From Antedon mediterranea (taxonomy: Eukaryota > Animalia > Echinodermata), in assembly GCF_964355755.1 (NCBI RefSeq), contig NC_092673.1:22751648-22815647 (forward strand): a DNA stretch of 64,000 nucleotides. Reading direction: 5' to 3'. A model generated the notes under the pieces. It did not search any database. It was given only the letters and a program-made list of their open reading frames with translations, and was not told where the DNA came from. Position 1 is the first letter of the stretch; each line of letters opens with the position of its first letter. The translations under genes and the position numbers were made by a program. This document shows, one piece after another, positions 12,931 to 25,349 of this stretch.

Positions 12931-15054
12931 GCTACACTGTATATAGATATACAGTATACACTGTATATATTGTATATGGCATATAGGCACAACTCAACAC
13001 TATAAGCATATAATAGGATGGAATATATCATTATTTTCCGATCGTATGATACCGTACGTGCATGTTTAAAAAAAAATATTTCCAGTAATTACTTAATTAA
13101 TGTCAATAAAATGATAAAAATGATCACCTATAATTCGTCAAAGTGACTAATTAAATTCTAGTTTTAACTTTTGTTTTTACTTTAGTTGTTTTAATTTAGA
13201 GTTTTTGTTTGCACCACAGTTTTTTATTGCCATCAACCAAAGATTAAAGTGAATAAAACGAGAAAGTACAAAATATGAACAACTGATAATAATAATTAAC
13301 GATAATTTTAAACGATTATTAATATTAAAAAATTATTTTTATTTTGTTGTTTCAAGTAGTTTGATGTTTTATTGATTTTTGTAAGGTGATCTAATATATT
13401 TTTAGAAACAGAACCAAAAGATATTATATAATATTAATTATATTAAGAAAACTTGTACTAGCACAATTCCTTCCTTTGAGTGAATCACAGAAAAAGAGTA
13501 AGGTTTAAGACAAAAGAAAAGTGTTTGCGTAGAGAATTAAAGTGACGCAAATTTGACTATTATGCTTTTTTTTTTCATTTTCCTCTTTTTATTCAGACCC
13601 CATAATGGAAACTTTTTTTAGGATTAATTGGGTTGTCCTGAATTAATCATCAAATGTTTCTCCTTTGTTTTTGTCTATTTTTATGTATGATATATATGAT
13701 GTATGAATTAATTTTTTTTTTAAACCTAAAAAACCCCTATCTATGTTATTTCTGAATATAATCAAATTCTACTAATTTTAGATGGCACATACATTTAAAC
13801 CCTTAACAAAGCCTTTTGTATTGCATCTGTTAATGTAAAGTTCCTTACATTTCAGCTTTCAGAATATTGCTGGTATAGTTGTCATCTTTTAAAGTTATGT
13901 AAGAAAATTGCCGATAAATTTTTATTATCACTGTAAATACTGTACACATGTATCAAATAAGAAATATAATTTAACTATTTTTTTCAATAAAATACATGTA
14001 TAATATTGTAAATACACATTCATATTTTATTGATTCCCTTACTTTATCTCTTCCTTTTATTCATCACCTATTGAGTATATATAAGTCATTATTTCAATAT
14101 ATTATATTTAATAAAATATAACATTATTGATTTTTTTTTTATTTTACTGTATTTTTAATAAGAAACTTAATTTGTGAGAAAACATGGTATTGTATGCATT
14201 CACATTGCAAACTATTTTTACAGTAAGTTAAAATGGACCTGACACATATGTCATTTGAATATATCCAAATTAACACAAGCACATACAAATAAAACAAAAT
14301 TATTGTTTTTTTAGAAAAAAGATTTGTTAAGATACATTTGCAAATTAGCAGAAAATACTTCCACCTAAGTTACACTATTCTACGGCCGTCGAAGCATCTA
14401 TATTCATAACACAAGACTGGAGTGTAGCAGGCCAACTAATAACTGCCCAATATAGTCAGGTGGCTTAACAACAAATTTTGAGGAAATCATTACACGGTGG
14501 ACAAAAGCGCCAAATTTGGTATGGAGCTTTGTTGGGACCTACCAATTGATTTTGACCTAGGAGCCACTCTGAAAAAAATACAGGAACGGAAAAATATGGA
14601 TAGGCAATGTGATCCAAAAAAGAAACAAAATATAGTAATAAGAATGTCTTGAAAGTAATTTTTATTGCAATATTAATTAACATCTAGATGATAAGACCAC
14701 ATATGATGTACACAATGATTATAATTGTGTAGTGAATATAAAATGTACAGTATTTCAGCAGAAGCTAAGTCAAACGTCTACCAACTTTGTAAAAATTGAT
14801 CCATATAGTGTATAAACATAGATACCAAATTTAGTTGAATAAGAAAGACACTTACTAATGGACAACGTGATAACGCATACTGTGGAGTATCAAAACTGTA
14901 GAAAGGAACTCCAGCGTTTGTTCAAAAAGATGAGAATGCTTCAGACATGAAGCAGTGCAAAGGGGCAAAAAAACTTGGCTTATCTGCTCTGTAGTAAACA
15001 ATGTAGAAATCGAAAACGACAACACCTTAGTCTACAAAAGAATTAACAATGTAC

Positions 15055-15208
15055 TCACATTTTAAGCAAGACAACGGCTAACAGTGTCCAACCGATTGGC
15101 TTAAATGACATGTTTTTGCTACCAAGATGAAATGTATGGACCAGAGCATTCAAATCAGAAGAAAACTCACGTATTGAAAGACGCAAAGGTCCAAGGAATT
15201 CTGAAAAA
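15055..15208 (-). CDS. RPAP2: RPAP2 coding exon 7
   Basis: FSEFLGPLRLSIREFSSDLNALVHTFHLGSKNMSFKPIGWTLLAVVLLK (cf. [30 protein letters not shown]). Ends either at TGA 15055-15057 or at the GTGAGT donor at 15058. Confidence 0.88.
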
Positions 15209-15682
15209 CTGAAAAGAACAAATGAAGACTTGCGTATTAGATTCAGTCTTTCGTGAAGTAAAGAAATAAAATTTAATAGGAGATTGAAATAAGTTGCTTT
15301 CATCAAAATTCAAAAGTTGTTGTTCTGTTTGGTATGCAGATTTATAACAGTGTATTTATGCAATGTATCCTGTTTCATTGGTTGATTTTGCCACTCAATA
15401 ACATATGTAAAAGTGACTACTGTTGCAGCAAATATGGTGGTGATATGCCCAAATATGGCAGTGATATGACATTATCATGTCAATATATGGGCACTCACAT
15501 ATAAAGTTTGATAGTGTAGACAGAGCTTTAATCTGAACCAGGTAGGCTTGATGCAAAGCAGAGCAGATTAGTAACAAATAACCAAATATGCTAGTTATCT
15601 TTTTTTGTGCCAAGAATGCAATCGGGGCAAACATTGCTTAACCTCAGTGATCTGACAAAAAGTATATATTGAAACTACTTAC

Positions 15683-15780
15683 ACTTTATTCAATCGATCC
15701 AAAATAATCTTTCGTCGAATGGCCATTTGAGATTGAGAATCAACGTAAGGCATTGCAATGGTCTTTTCATCAGATACATT
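15683..15780 (-). CDS. RPAP2: RPAP2 coding exon 6
   Basis: NVSDEKTIAMPYVDSQSQMAIRRKIILDRLNK (cf. [23 protein letters not shown]). AG/GTAAGT. Confidence 0.93.
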
Positions 15781-16074
15781 CTACATTAAAATAATATGGA
15801 TATGAAGTTTAAAGTATAATATAAAAAAAACACTTAAAAAACATAATTGATCATTGAGTTATAGCATTAGAATATTGTATCTGAAGACAATGACAATATT
15901 AACATACTGCACAAGATCCTTTATTTAACTGCAATCTTTCTGGTGTACTGAATCTGTAAACTAAATCTTTTTTTCAAGCAAAATATTTGTGAATAATTCA
16001 TGAATGCCACAGCGGTAACTGTAGTTTGTGTAGGAAAACCATGTTATCAATGGAAAGTTAATGAATTACTGTAC

Positions 16075-16801
16075 CTCTTTGATATCCTTTTTGTTTTTTC
16101 TTTTAACCTGAGTTTGTGTCTTTCCATAGTAAAGGCTCTCCACCTGAATCCTATAAGCTTCTTCTTCCATTGCCCGCATCTTCCGCTCGGAAAGAGATCC
16201 CACGGTTTTGTCACCACCTTCTTCCTCCGACTTGTTCTCATTATCCATTGCTGTTACAGGCTTGTTTAGAGATTCTTCACATATGATTGGCTTACTATCT
16301 GCAGCAGCGTTTGCTGACAAGTTGCCAGAATTATTTGCATCTTGATCGTCGTGGCAATTTTTGCTAAGGTATTCAATTGTTCCTTTTGTCCTCCATTGCC
16401 ACAAAGAGTCAGTTACTAGTTTTAAAATATCTAAAGTTAATTTAGGCTTCCTTTTAATATCTAAATCTTTCTTATGTTTTGTAGAGCTTCGTTCAATATT
16501 TTTTATTTTAGGTGTTTTAGATTCCACTGCTGCAACCTCTATTATAGGTTCATCATCAACGTCTTCAGCGACCAGTGGCTCTAAATCTTTGTTTTCATCT
16601 TGAAAAAATTTGATTGACATTATATCATCTGTCAGTTGATCGACAGCTTTGTCACTTGATTTGCTCTCATTCTCATCAGATAAATTATCATAGTTTGGTG
16701 AAACTTGCTTCTTAAGTATCACTTCATCTCCAGAACCACTTTGCTTCAGCATGCTCGTCATTACTGAATCATTTGGTTTCAGCAACCGTATAGGAACTGG
16801 T
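16075..16801 (-). CDS. RPAP2: RPAP2 coding exon 5 (long low-complexity linker)
   Basis: Overlaps the 239-aa ORF 16066-16785. Contains LWQWRTKGTIEYL (cf. LIEWKTEETLRFL). Phase 2 in, phase 0 out. Confidence 0.9.
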
Positions 16802-17473
16802 CTGTAGACAGAAAAATGTATCTTGTTTTAATCTGAAATAGGTGACCAATAACTTTTCTGTATACAGACAGTTATCAAATAAATTTCTTTAAAAAAATGG
16901 TGGATTTATTATTTTCAATAAAAAAAAATATTCAGGTAGAAAGATTGTACATGTGTGTTTTCCTGTAAGTATAATGTACTGTATTTGCTTCCTATTGACT
17001 ACAAATGCTTTACTTTAGATAAAATATTGAAATTGTCCTAAATACATGGATCATTTCCTAATGGGCTTTAGTCTATGACTGATATTATACATATTTATAT
17101 AAGTTGTAAAGCTTTGTCTTCACTATCAAACTAGCTTGACAAAAAAATGTGCCCAAATATGGTAGCGATATGCCCAAATATGGTCGTGATATGACATCAT
17201 CATGTCCATATATGGGCACATAACATTTTTTTGTCACAACAAAGTTTGATAGCGTAGACATAGCTTTAGTCTGAACCAGGTTATGTAGGCTCGATGCAAA
17301 GCAGAGCAGAATAGAAATAGTCAAAGATACTAGTTATAACTTTTAATGCACTACATACATGCTTACAAGAGTACCTCAATCTGAATTTTACATGAAAACA
17401 AAGGGTGCATAGAAGGCATTAATTACATATTTATATGTGCAAATTACAAATGAAAAAAGCTAAGCATACTTAC

Positions 17474-17562
17474 TCATCTTTGTCTCTCATCCATAATGGA
17501 ACAGTAGATATCTGAGAGGCATAATATTGTGATGCCTTGTAACAGTCATTGCTGCAAAAACA
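17474..17562 (-). CDS. RPAP2: RPAP2 coding exon 4
   Basis: CFCSNDCYKASQYYASQISTVPLWMRDKD supplies the FCS..C..AS motif that completes the Rtr1 zinc site. AG/GTAAGT, phases consistent. Confidence 0.95.
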
Positions 17563-18361
17563 CTAAAGTTGAACTGAGCTATTATAGCATACATCACTAC
17601 TGTTTAAAAGCTGCAGCTTCCACGACATGCATTATTTTTTCATTCTCATGTTTAAAACTTCTCTAAGTTTATGCTTTTGTCATAAACATATTTGCGATGT
17701 TTAACATAATACACCTCACTTGGTTTTTTTTTATTTATAAACTTTGATTTTTTTTATATTTTATTTTATTTCATCAAAACCAACAGCACCGAAAGTTGCC
17801 ACTTAGAGGTTACAACATACACTGTACTAAGTTTTTTGTATTCGTTTACAATGTACCATTTTCTAAGCTAGTACGCCAGTAGTTATAATTCATGACAGAA
17901 TCTAATTCAAACCGGTTCAACTTTGCTTATTTGACTGTAGCGAATCATGGTGCCTTTGCGATTGAGTTTAGTGATGCCTACACGACGTAGCAATTATAAT
18001 GAAACCATTGTATTTAAGTCATTTGATGCTTGAGACCTATTTTGTGCAATACTAATAAAGAGGTGGTTTATATTTTCAACTAAGAATAGTGTAAATATAA
18101 AACAATTCATTCAAATTGTACATACTATTGCATATTTACAATAAAAATTGAAAATTCAACGGCAAATTAGTGAAAAATTGATAATGTTGTGGCTGAATTA
18201 ATAGCTATTTACTTTACTAAACAAACTGTAATGAGTTAAATGCACAATGTATATGGGCATAAGCTACACTTGAGTAACATTTACAAAAGTTATTTACAAT
18301 TTATATTAAAGAACAAAATTTGGTACAAAAAAAGTGTCCTACAATTGTTTTCAAGTCCTAC

Positions 18362-18526
18362 CTTTCTGTCCGTGATGTCATATACTTTGTTAGTTTTCAT
18401 TGATATGTGATACTGTTTCTTGGGTGTTTGTCCAAGTACATTGTCACACATTGGGTAGCCACACTGCTTGGTTATGGCACGCTCTTCAACAACATCTTTA
18501 TAGTGATCAGGCAGAATGAATTTAGC
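18362..18526 (-). CDS. RPAP2: RPAP2 coding exon 3 (Rtr1/RPAP2 zinc-finger domain)
   Basis: [55 protein letters not shown] carries the hallmark ER..CGYP.C and NKVYD motifs. 165 nt, phase 0/0. Confidence 0.95.
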
Positions 18527-18947
18527 CTGGAAAATAAATTTTGTAGAACTTAATTTTAAAAAGTATGTTTCCTTGTATAACTAATAATCTGTGTGTTTGA
18601 CTTGACGCAAGGCATAAAAATAGGGGTCGATTCAAAAGCATGCTTGGAAAAACTTGACATACAGTAGTGGTGTACTGTATCATGAAAGAGTCCCCGATTG
18701 CCATGAATTTGCTTGTTGTGTTTTTACACGTTTATGGTCAGGGAAAACCAAGAAGCAGTGATTTGTTGCTTTGAAAATATTTTCTTTTTTATTTTCTTAA
18801 ATATTTTTTATTTATTTAATTTCGACCGAATCATAATACTGAAAAATTATTTTAATAATTTTTTTAAGTTTAGAAATATTTCCGTAGTAAAAGTATTTAT
18901 CCCTATTTCCATTCACCGTAATTGGGCCGAAGTTCCATTTTTTAAAT

Positions 18948-19295
18948 ATTTTTTTTATTTATTCAATCGAAACCAACAGCGATAATTACCGCCACTAACA
19001 GGTTTGATAGAAACAAAGCCAGGACCTGTTTAAAGCACCTTGATTGGTCCTAACATTGATCAAGGGCTTCTCTCGTCCAGTGCCCACCTTGACCAGAAGT
19101 CTGAGGCAGATACTAGATACAGGGGCTGCCATAAGAGTCAGCAGTGCTGATTTCAAATGCCTAACGGGACCCAGCTCCATATACAGCATCCGTTATTCCC
19201 AGATGGTCTCCCATCCAAGCTCTAACCAGGCCCAACGTCGCTTAACTTCGGTGATCTCACGAGAACCGGTGTTTCAACGTGGTAAAGCCGTATTC
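18948..19295 (-). mobile_element. 5S rRNA-headed SINE (SINE3-type), full length
   Basis: 19182-19295 is a diverged 5S rRNA (TACGGC..ACCACGTTGAA..GATCACCGAAGTTAAGC..GGGCCTGGTTAG.CTTGGATGGGAGACC..GGGAATA) with no oligo-T terminator. It runs into a ~220-nt body and an A-rich tail; the body recurs at 51634-51838. Confidence 0.88.
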
Positions 19296-19692
19296 ATGGG
19301 AACCACCACCACTTAGCTTGTACCTGATGGATTTGTGTTTTATTCATTTTTTCTATTCATTTGTATAGTATAGTAATGTATGTACAGTTTCTTAAGCTCT
19401 GTCTGCACTATCAAACTAGTTCGACGAAGAAAGTGTAATGTGCCCAAATATGGTAGTGATATGACATCATTATGTCCATATATGGGCACATCACATTTTT
19501 TTTTGTCACATAAAGTTTGATAGTGTATACAGAGCTTAATATTAATGGTGTTCAACAGCTTGATACCATGATTCTTTAACAACAAAACAATATAATCAAA
19601 CTTGTTCTTTCACAAAAAGATTGATAGTGTAGACAGAGCTTTATTGTGATTCCTTCATTGAAAAATGAATAAATAACCTAATAAACACTTAC

Positions 19693-19807
19693 ACAATTGA
19701 TTAAAAACTCTTCTTCAATCTGACATTCTAAAAGCCTCTCAACAATCGTATGGGATTTTTCTTCAAGTTCTAATTTTTGTTCGAGTTCTTCCCTTATAGC
19801 TTTTCTT
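19693..19807 (-). CDS. RPAP2: RPAP2 coding exon 2
   Basis: AG/GTAAGT bounded. RKAIREELEQKLELEEKSHTIVERLLECQIEEEFLINC resembles vertebrate RPAP2 [39 protein letters not shown]. Confidence 0.9.
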
Positions 19808-20079
19808 CTGTAAAGAAAAAAAAGAAAAAGAAAAAGAAAAAAAAAATTAAAAAATTAAAAAAAAAAAAAAAAAAAAAAAAAGAAAAGAAATTATATTACA
19901 CAAATATTGCCTGCTTAGAGGTTAAATATAACATTTTATATTCCCAAGGGAATTATACTTTCGCAAAGGACTATTTCAAAACAGTCAGGATTTTCCTGGA
20001 TTTAGTATGTCAAATGATCGGGAAACTCTCTAGTAAAGTGATGGCATTTCAACCAATCATGTTCACCTAGGGGAAATAC

Positions 20080-20866
20080 TAGGGACTTTACAAAACACGA
20101 CGGTTAGGGAAGAACGACAAATATCCTTTGTTTGCTATAGTGTAAAATTGTATACAGCCAACATAGCTGTTTTATTAGTTGCGAACCCTTCGCAAAGATG
20201 ACGACCGGCAGTATCTCTCTCCCTCCCATGTCTGATTGATTGAAATATATATTTAATTATTATTTAATACACCGGGGTAACCCCCTACTCGTCTCGAAAG
20301 ATGTACTAGGTTCTTTTAAAGTGCACACGAGCAAGTTGTGTACACTGGACCTACGGTTTATAGTCCTTATCCGAGAAGACTCGTTCTACCACCAGAACCA
20401 TGGAGTGAGTGAGCCTCGAACCCCTGCCGATGTTATGGCTACGTGATTACGGTTCAACTGTCTTAACCGCTCGGCCACTCACCCACGGCGCGGGCCCTTC
20501 TAAATTGCTTGGCTCTGGTGACAGCATAGGCCTAGCCTTCCTAGCTATGGACTCTTATTCACGCCGCTTTTAACACAGCCATTTTAACCCAATAAAAATG
20601 TTATTTTATTAAACAATTAAATTAGAAGTTCAAGTTTTATTTAGAGTTTTGAAAAGTCCCCGTTTGAACTGTATATTTAAGGTTATACTGTATATACATT
20701 ATTTCTAGTTGTTCTCCGTAAACGGGAAAATCGCAACTTTATCAGTCTCAAAAAGTTAAAGACGACGGAGTTTCAAGCTAAGCTCCGCCAACTTTGTTAA
20801 AGCTCATGCATATATTATTCATGAGCACCGTCCTATGGCTTCCCGTCGTGTTTCGTAAAGTCCCTA
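20080..20866. mobile_element. Academ-like MITE
   Basis: TIR TAGGGACTTTAC(A/G)AAACACGACGG with TAG termini. Flanks ATAC/ATAT (imperfect 4-bp TSD). Confidence 0.65.
20233..20483 (-). mobile_element. Deu-domain tRNA SINE copy (nested in Academ-like MITE)
   Basis: Reverse complement of the 54827 copy, with part of the 3' body deleted. Confidence 0.85.
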
Positions 20867-22592
20867 ATATTAAGGGGACAGTTTTTTGGGACCCTCAGCT
20901 GTCCTCTTAGGGATTCTATTGTATGCAAATGTTTGAGCATTATATTTTCACGCTGCTGCTCTAGCCAGCTACGTCCCATGAGGACTAGTCATTCATAAGC
21001 TAAAGCAAGCAGCAGTTATAGTATCTAAGGCTGACAGTTTTGACTATAATTTATAGATCCCAGCTGCTGGACCCAAAAAACGTCTGGGAAAAGGGAGTCT
21101 ATGAGGGTTCACGGTTGAACGATTTTGGATTCTCGCCCTTTGATTGGTTGACGCGAATCAACAGACTGGGAAGAATTTTTGTGAAGTCACGTTGTCTCTA
21201 GAGGGTATTCAGTTGCATGCCAACAGGTTGAGGTCACACACACACAGCACATTAAAGTTCAAAATTGACCATTTTTAAATGGGCATGTGAATCTTAATTA
21301 AAGAACTATCTTTGATTTGTACGTATTTTTGCGATTAAAGGACATCTTTTTAATAATTAATCATGAATATATCTGAAGAAATAACAATGATTAATTTTAA
21401 AATGTGGAGAAACGTTTTTTGTAAGAAATATTTCTTGTTTAGTTTATTATTTTTGTATCTAATATCATAAACAAAATGTAGAATATGAAATAGCCTAGAA
21501 AAAAAATGAGAGCATAACCCATAAAATGTTATGAGATTCAAGTCACAATGAAATATACAATCAAAAAGTGTAAATCAACATATGAAAGACTTCAAATTTA
21601 AGCAATAAATCAAAAACAGATAATAAACCTAAAAACACTGCCATACCAACTTATATAACCAACGACGAACTAGTTAAAATTTAACTGATCAATCTATACA
21701 AAACAAAAAGGCGGCAAAGTACATGCAGTACAATGTATAACATCGTAATAAAACAACCCATATTGATAAATATATAAAAGTATTGTTTCTGCAGACTTAT
21801 ACAAGATGGTATGCACATTAAAAATGTTATAAAATATGTTTTTTAGTTAATATACACTATTAAAATATATTTCTTATTTTTACTTCCCATTACCTGTAAA
21901 AGCGGAAACAAATCCATATGATATACAACAACAATAAAATTATAGCATGATTCCATTGTAACATATAAGTACATTCAACTGATTTATAGCCAAATTCCAG
22001 ACATTTTGGTATGCTACTATTAAAACTTGTTCTTAAAAATAATATACAGTATTAATTATATATTTTTACTCAGGGTAACTTATTTTAATTTTTTTATTTC
22101 ATTTCCAAACCAAGTGAACTCATGGTTTACCACTTACAGGAGGGAACACAGACAAACACATACACATACAATAAGAACTATTAAACTAAACTACTAACAA
22201 TGTTACGAAACTTACGGAGATCATTACTAAAAATATCTAACTCTATATATAATAGGATTCAAACATTTGCCGTCTATAGTGACATGTATGTATTTATGAA
22301 AGTTGGCTGTGTTTGGACAAAATAGTAATAGTATATAATATAATATTTGCTGACAAATTTCATAATTTGAAATAAATCATATTTTGTATAGTTTATTTAA
22401 ATACAGTATCTATAGTAGGCCTACTATTTATCTTCATTCCATATGTTCGTAATTTGGACATATTTTCATAGTGGCATTGTTTTAAATGAATTTATTTTAT
22501 TTTATTTATTCGACTTCTCACTAACTCAGTTAGTGAGGGATCTGGACCAACAGGTGGTAAACATCTCTAAAACGGTCCAGTCCCAATTTGCA

Positions 22593-22836
22593 CAGTGGCT
22601 GTGTTTGTGTAGACTAGTACACCGGGGTAACCCCCTACTCGTCTCGAAAGATGTACTAGGTTTTTTAAAGTGCGCATGAGCTATGTGTACACTGGACCTA
22701 CGGTTTATAGTCCTTATCCGAGAAGACTCGTTCTACCACCAGAACCATGGAGCGAGTGAGCCTCGAACCCTTGCCGATGTTACGGCTACGTAATTACGGT
22801 TCCACTGTCTTAACCGCTCGGCCACTCACTCACTCA
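22593..22836 (-). mobile_element. Deu-domain tRNA SINE copy
   Basis: Reverse complement of the 54827 copy, 3' end missing. Confidence 0.85.
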
Positions 22837-22893
22837 TTATTTAATTTAACAGCTATTACAATGTGAATGTGACTGCACTGGTTTGTTTGTTAC

Positions 22894-22949
22894 CTTTTCT
22901 CTTCTTCTTTTTCTATAGCTTCTATAGTTGAGCGTGACGGTCCTGCCAT
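22894..22949 (-). CDS. RPAP2: RPAP2 (RNA polymerase II-associated protein 2, Rtr1-type CTD phosphatase), coding exon 1
   Basis: ATG at 22949 gives MAGPSRSTIEAIEKEEEK. GT donor at 22893, phase 2, matches the next exon. An AG acceptor at 22964-22965 implies an upstream non-coding exon. Confidence 0.75.
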
Positions 22950-23696
22950 GTCTTTCCTTTTATCTAGATAAAAATAGTATGTTTGCAAATATAAAATACA
23001 TATTTTTTTTAATGGATGCAAAGTAATCGATGTTCAAATTTAAACCTGAAACTTTTATAATTATAAATATTATTCAGCTTGTACAGTATGTCACGCATTC
23101 ATGGATTACATTGTTTACTGTACGTCTCAATCTGTCACATTATTTTAAAAGCAAAATATTATTCTATTTATCAACATGATAACCAACATAACTAAACCTA
23201 ACCCTTTAAATTAAACAAAAGCTGTGCAAGGCCTACGGGTATAATATGTCATCAAATTCAAGATTAAATTGTATTTGCCAATTTAAAATGGAAATAATAT
23301 GAGTACATTTTCAAACATTTAAAATTTTAAAATGTATATTAATAAAATTATTACTTCTTTTTACTTATTCCCACCATCACTATGCAAACCTGCCAGTCAA
23401 AATGTAGCTGCTGTATTTCTGACAAAAATGTACATGTGTAAACTTGTTTAAAAACACTACATTTTTTCGATATGCAATAATTTTTTTTTTTAAATGTTTT
23501 GTTTTTGTGGTGAGATAGACTAGAGTCGGTCGTAAGAATAGAAAATGGACCGTATTACATATTTTTATGTTTTTAAAGTTAGGTATACAAAACAACAATT
23601 GCAGGGGATAGTTTCTTCAACTGACCAATCAGGATGCTCGTTCTAAATACTCATACATTAAATTCTTCCAACTTCTTTTTTCACAGTAGAAAAAAT

Positions 23697-24535
23697 GGGT
23701 GTGTAGAAAACGACGACCTCGAATTGGACGACCCCAACGACCCGGGCGACCTCGAATTGGACGACCTAGAATTGGACGACCCATAACACGAAACCGACGA
23801 CCCCTATAGCCTAGCCTAGCCTAGGCCTAAGTGTGGTATAACATCCCGAAGCCGAACATAGCCAAAGATCTTTAAACCATACCTTATATAATACTCGCAA
23901 GCAAACAATTGATTGAAAAAATACAGAAATATCGTCATTTGATACTGAATGTGTCAACACGAACAAACGAACAGATATGGAACGCCAAGAGTGCATCATT
24001 AAAACTGCATTCGACTCGATTAAATACATCTCGTCTTCTTATAACGAACAATATAGGCCTACCAAGCAGCGTGTTGTGAACATGTGCATGAGGAGGGCCA
24101 TAAGAAAGCTTTACATTTCACACATGCATTGTATGCGGTCAAACCTTACCCGCTGCTGAAAAGGGGGCCGTTTTGACCTGGTTTGCCATGTTTATGATAT
24201 TTCGTGTGCTAATCGAGTCGAATGCAGTTTTAATGATGCACTCTTGGCGTTCCATATCTGTTCGTTTGTTCGTGTTGACGCATTCAGTATCAAATGGCGA
24301 TATTTCTGTATTTTTTCAATCAATTGATTGCTTGCGAGTATTAAGGTATGGTTTAAAGATCTTTGGCTATGTTCGGCTTCGGGATGTTATACCACACTTA
24401 GGCCTAGGCTATTACCCCTAATAATTAGGGGTCGTCGGTTTCGTGTTATGGGTCGTCCAATTCTAGGTCGTCCAATTCGAGGTCGCCCGGGTCGTTGGGG
24501 TCGTCCAATTCGAGGTCGTCGCTTTCTACACACCC
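23697..24535. mobile_element. MULE/Foldback-like MITE
   Basis: ~325-bp TIRs starting GGGTGTGTAGAAA with GACGACC subrepeats. 10-bp TSD TAGAAAAAAT at 23687-23696 and 24536-24545. Confidence 0.9.
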
Positions 24536-25349
24536 TAGAAAAAATCTGTATACTAAGTGTAATATATTAATATATGTATACCCAGCAAGCAAATACTGTA
24601 CTAGTGGTACTAATAATTATTTCTGGTACAATCCTATCTGCTTTTATTAATTATTTTACGCATGCAGTGTTGTGTATTTGGTTTGCTACAAAACAAATAT
24701 ATAGTTGATCTGGTCCTAATATTTAATAAGACTCTTGGCGGACAGGCAGGCATTATTAGGACCAAGCCAAAACTGTATAAGGCCTAGAGTTCTCTAAGAG
24801 GCTAGGCTTAGGTACTAGGCCCTACTAGAGGATAGGCCAGCCCTCTACTAGGCGCTGCATCATATTATAGCCTTATAAGTTATAGGCTAGTAGGAGGCCT
24901 CTTCTAGCTAGGCCTAGCTAGGCCTAGGCCTAGCCTAGTAGAAGGCCTAACAAATTATAATTTTTATCGACACGACTAATAATACTATTCTAGTACTATA
25001 GCCAAACATATGTATGGTTGATCATCCTGTATGTAATTAAAAATGAGGTATTATTATTGATAATAAATGATAAGTTTATAAGGAATACCTAGCTAGGCCT
25101 AGCTAGAAGTATCGAAGCACAGCTTGCTAGCGCCACACATCATGCATGTGGAGGTATATTCAGAGCGTCATTCTGACGACTGGAGCATTCTCTACTGCTC
25201 TACGGAGCGCCATTTATGCCTTTATTAACTTCAATAATAGAAATAGTACTACAGTACGGTAACTGCTCAAGTGGACCCAATTTAGCACCAGGGTAGCACA
25301 GTGATATAAAATAGAAATAAAAGTCACTACTTTTAATATCGTTTCGTAT

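Noticed and set aside
14850-15032. Next RPAP2 exon
   Set aside because: The first acceptor would leave an intron of only ~26 nt, and the phase-compatible translations show no RPAP2 similarity.
19182-19295. Functional 5S rRNA gene
   Set aside because: Diverged ends, no oligo-T terminator, and fused to a SINE body that recurs elsewhere.
19777-20070. Poly-lysine ORF
   Set aside because: It is the antisense reading of the long polypyrimidine tract before RPAP2 exon 2.
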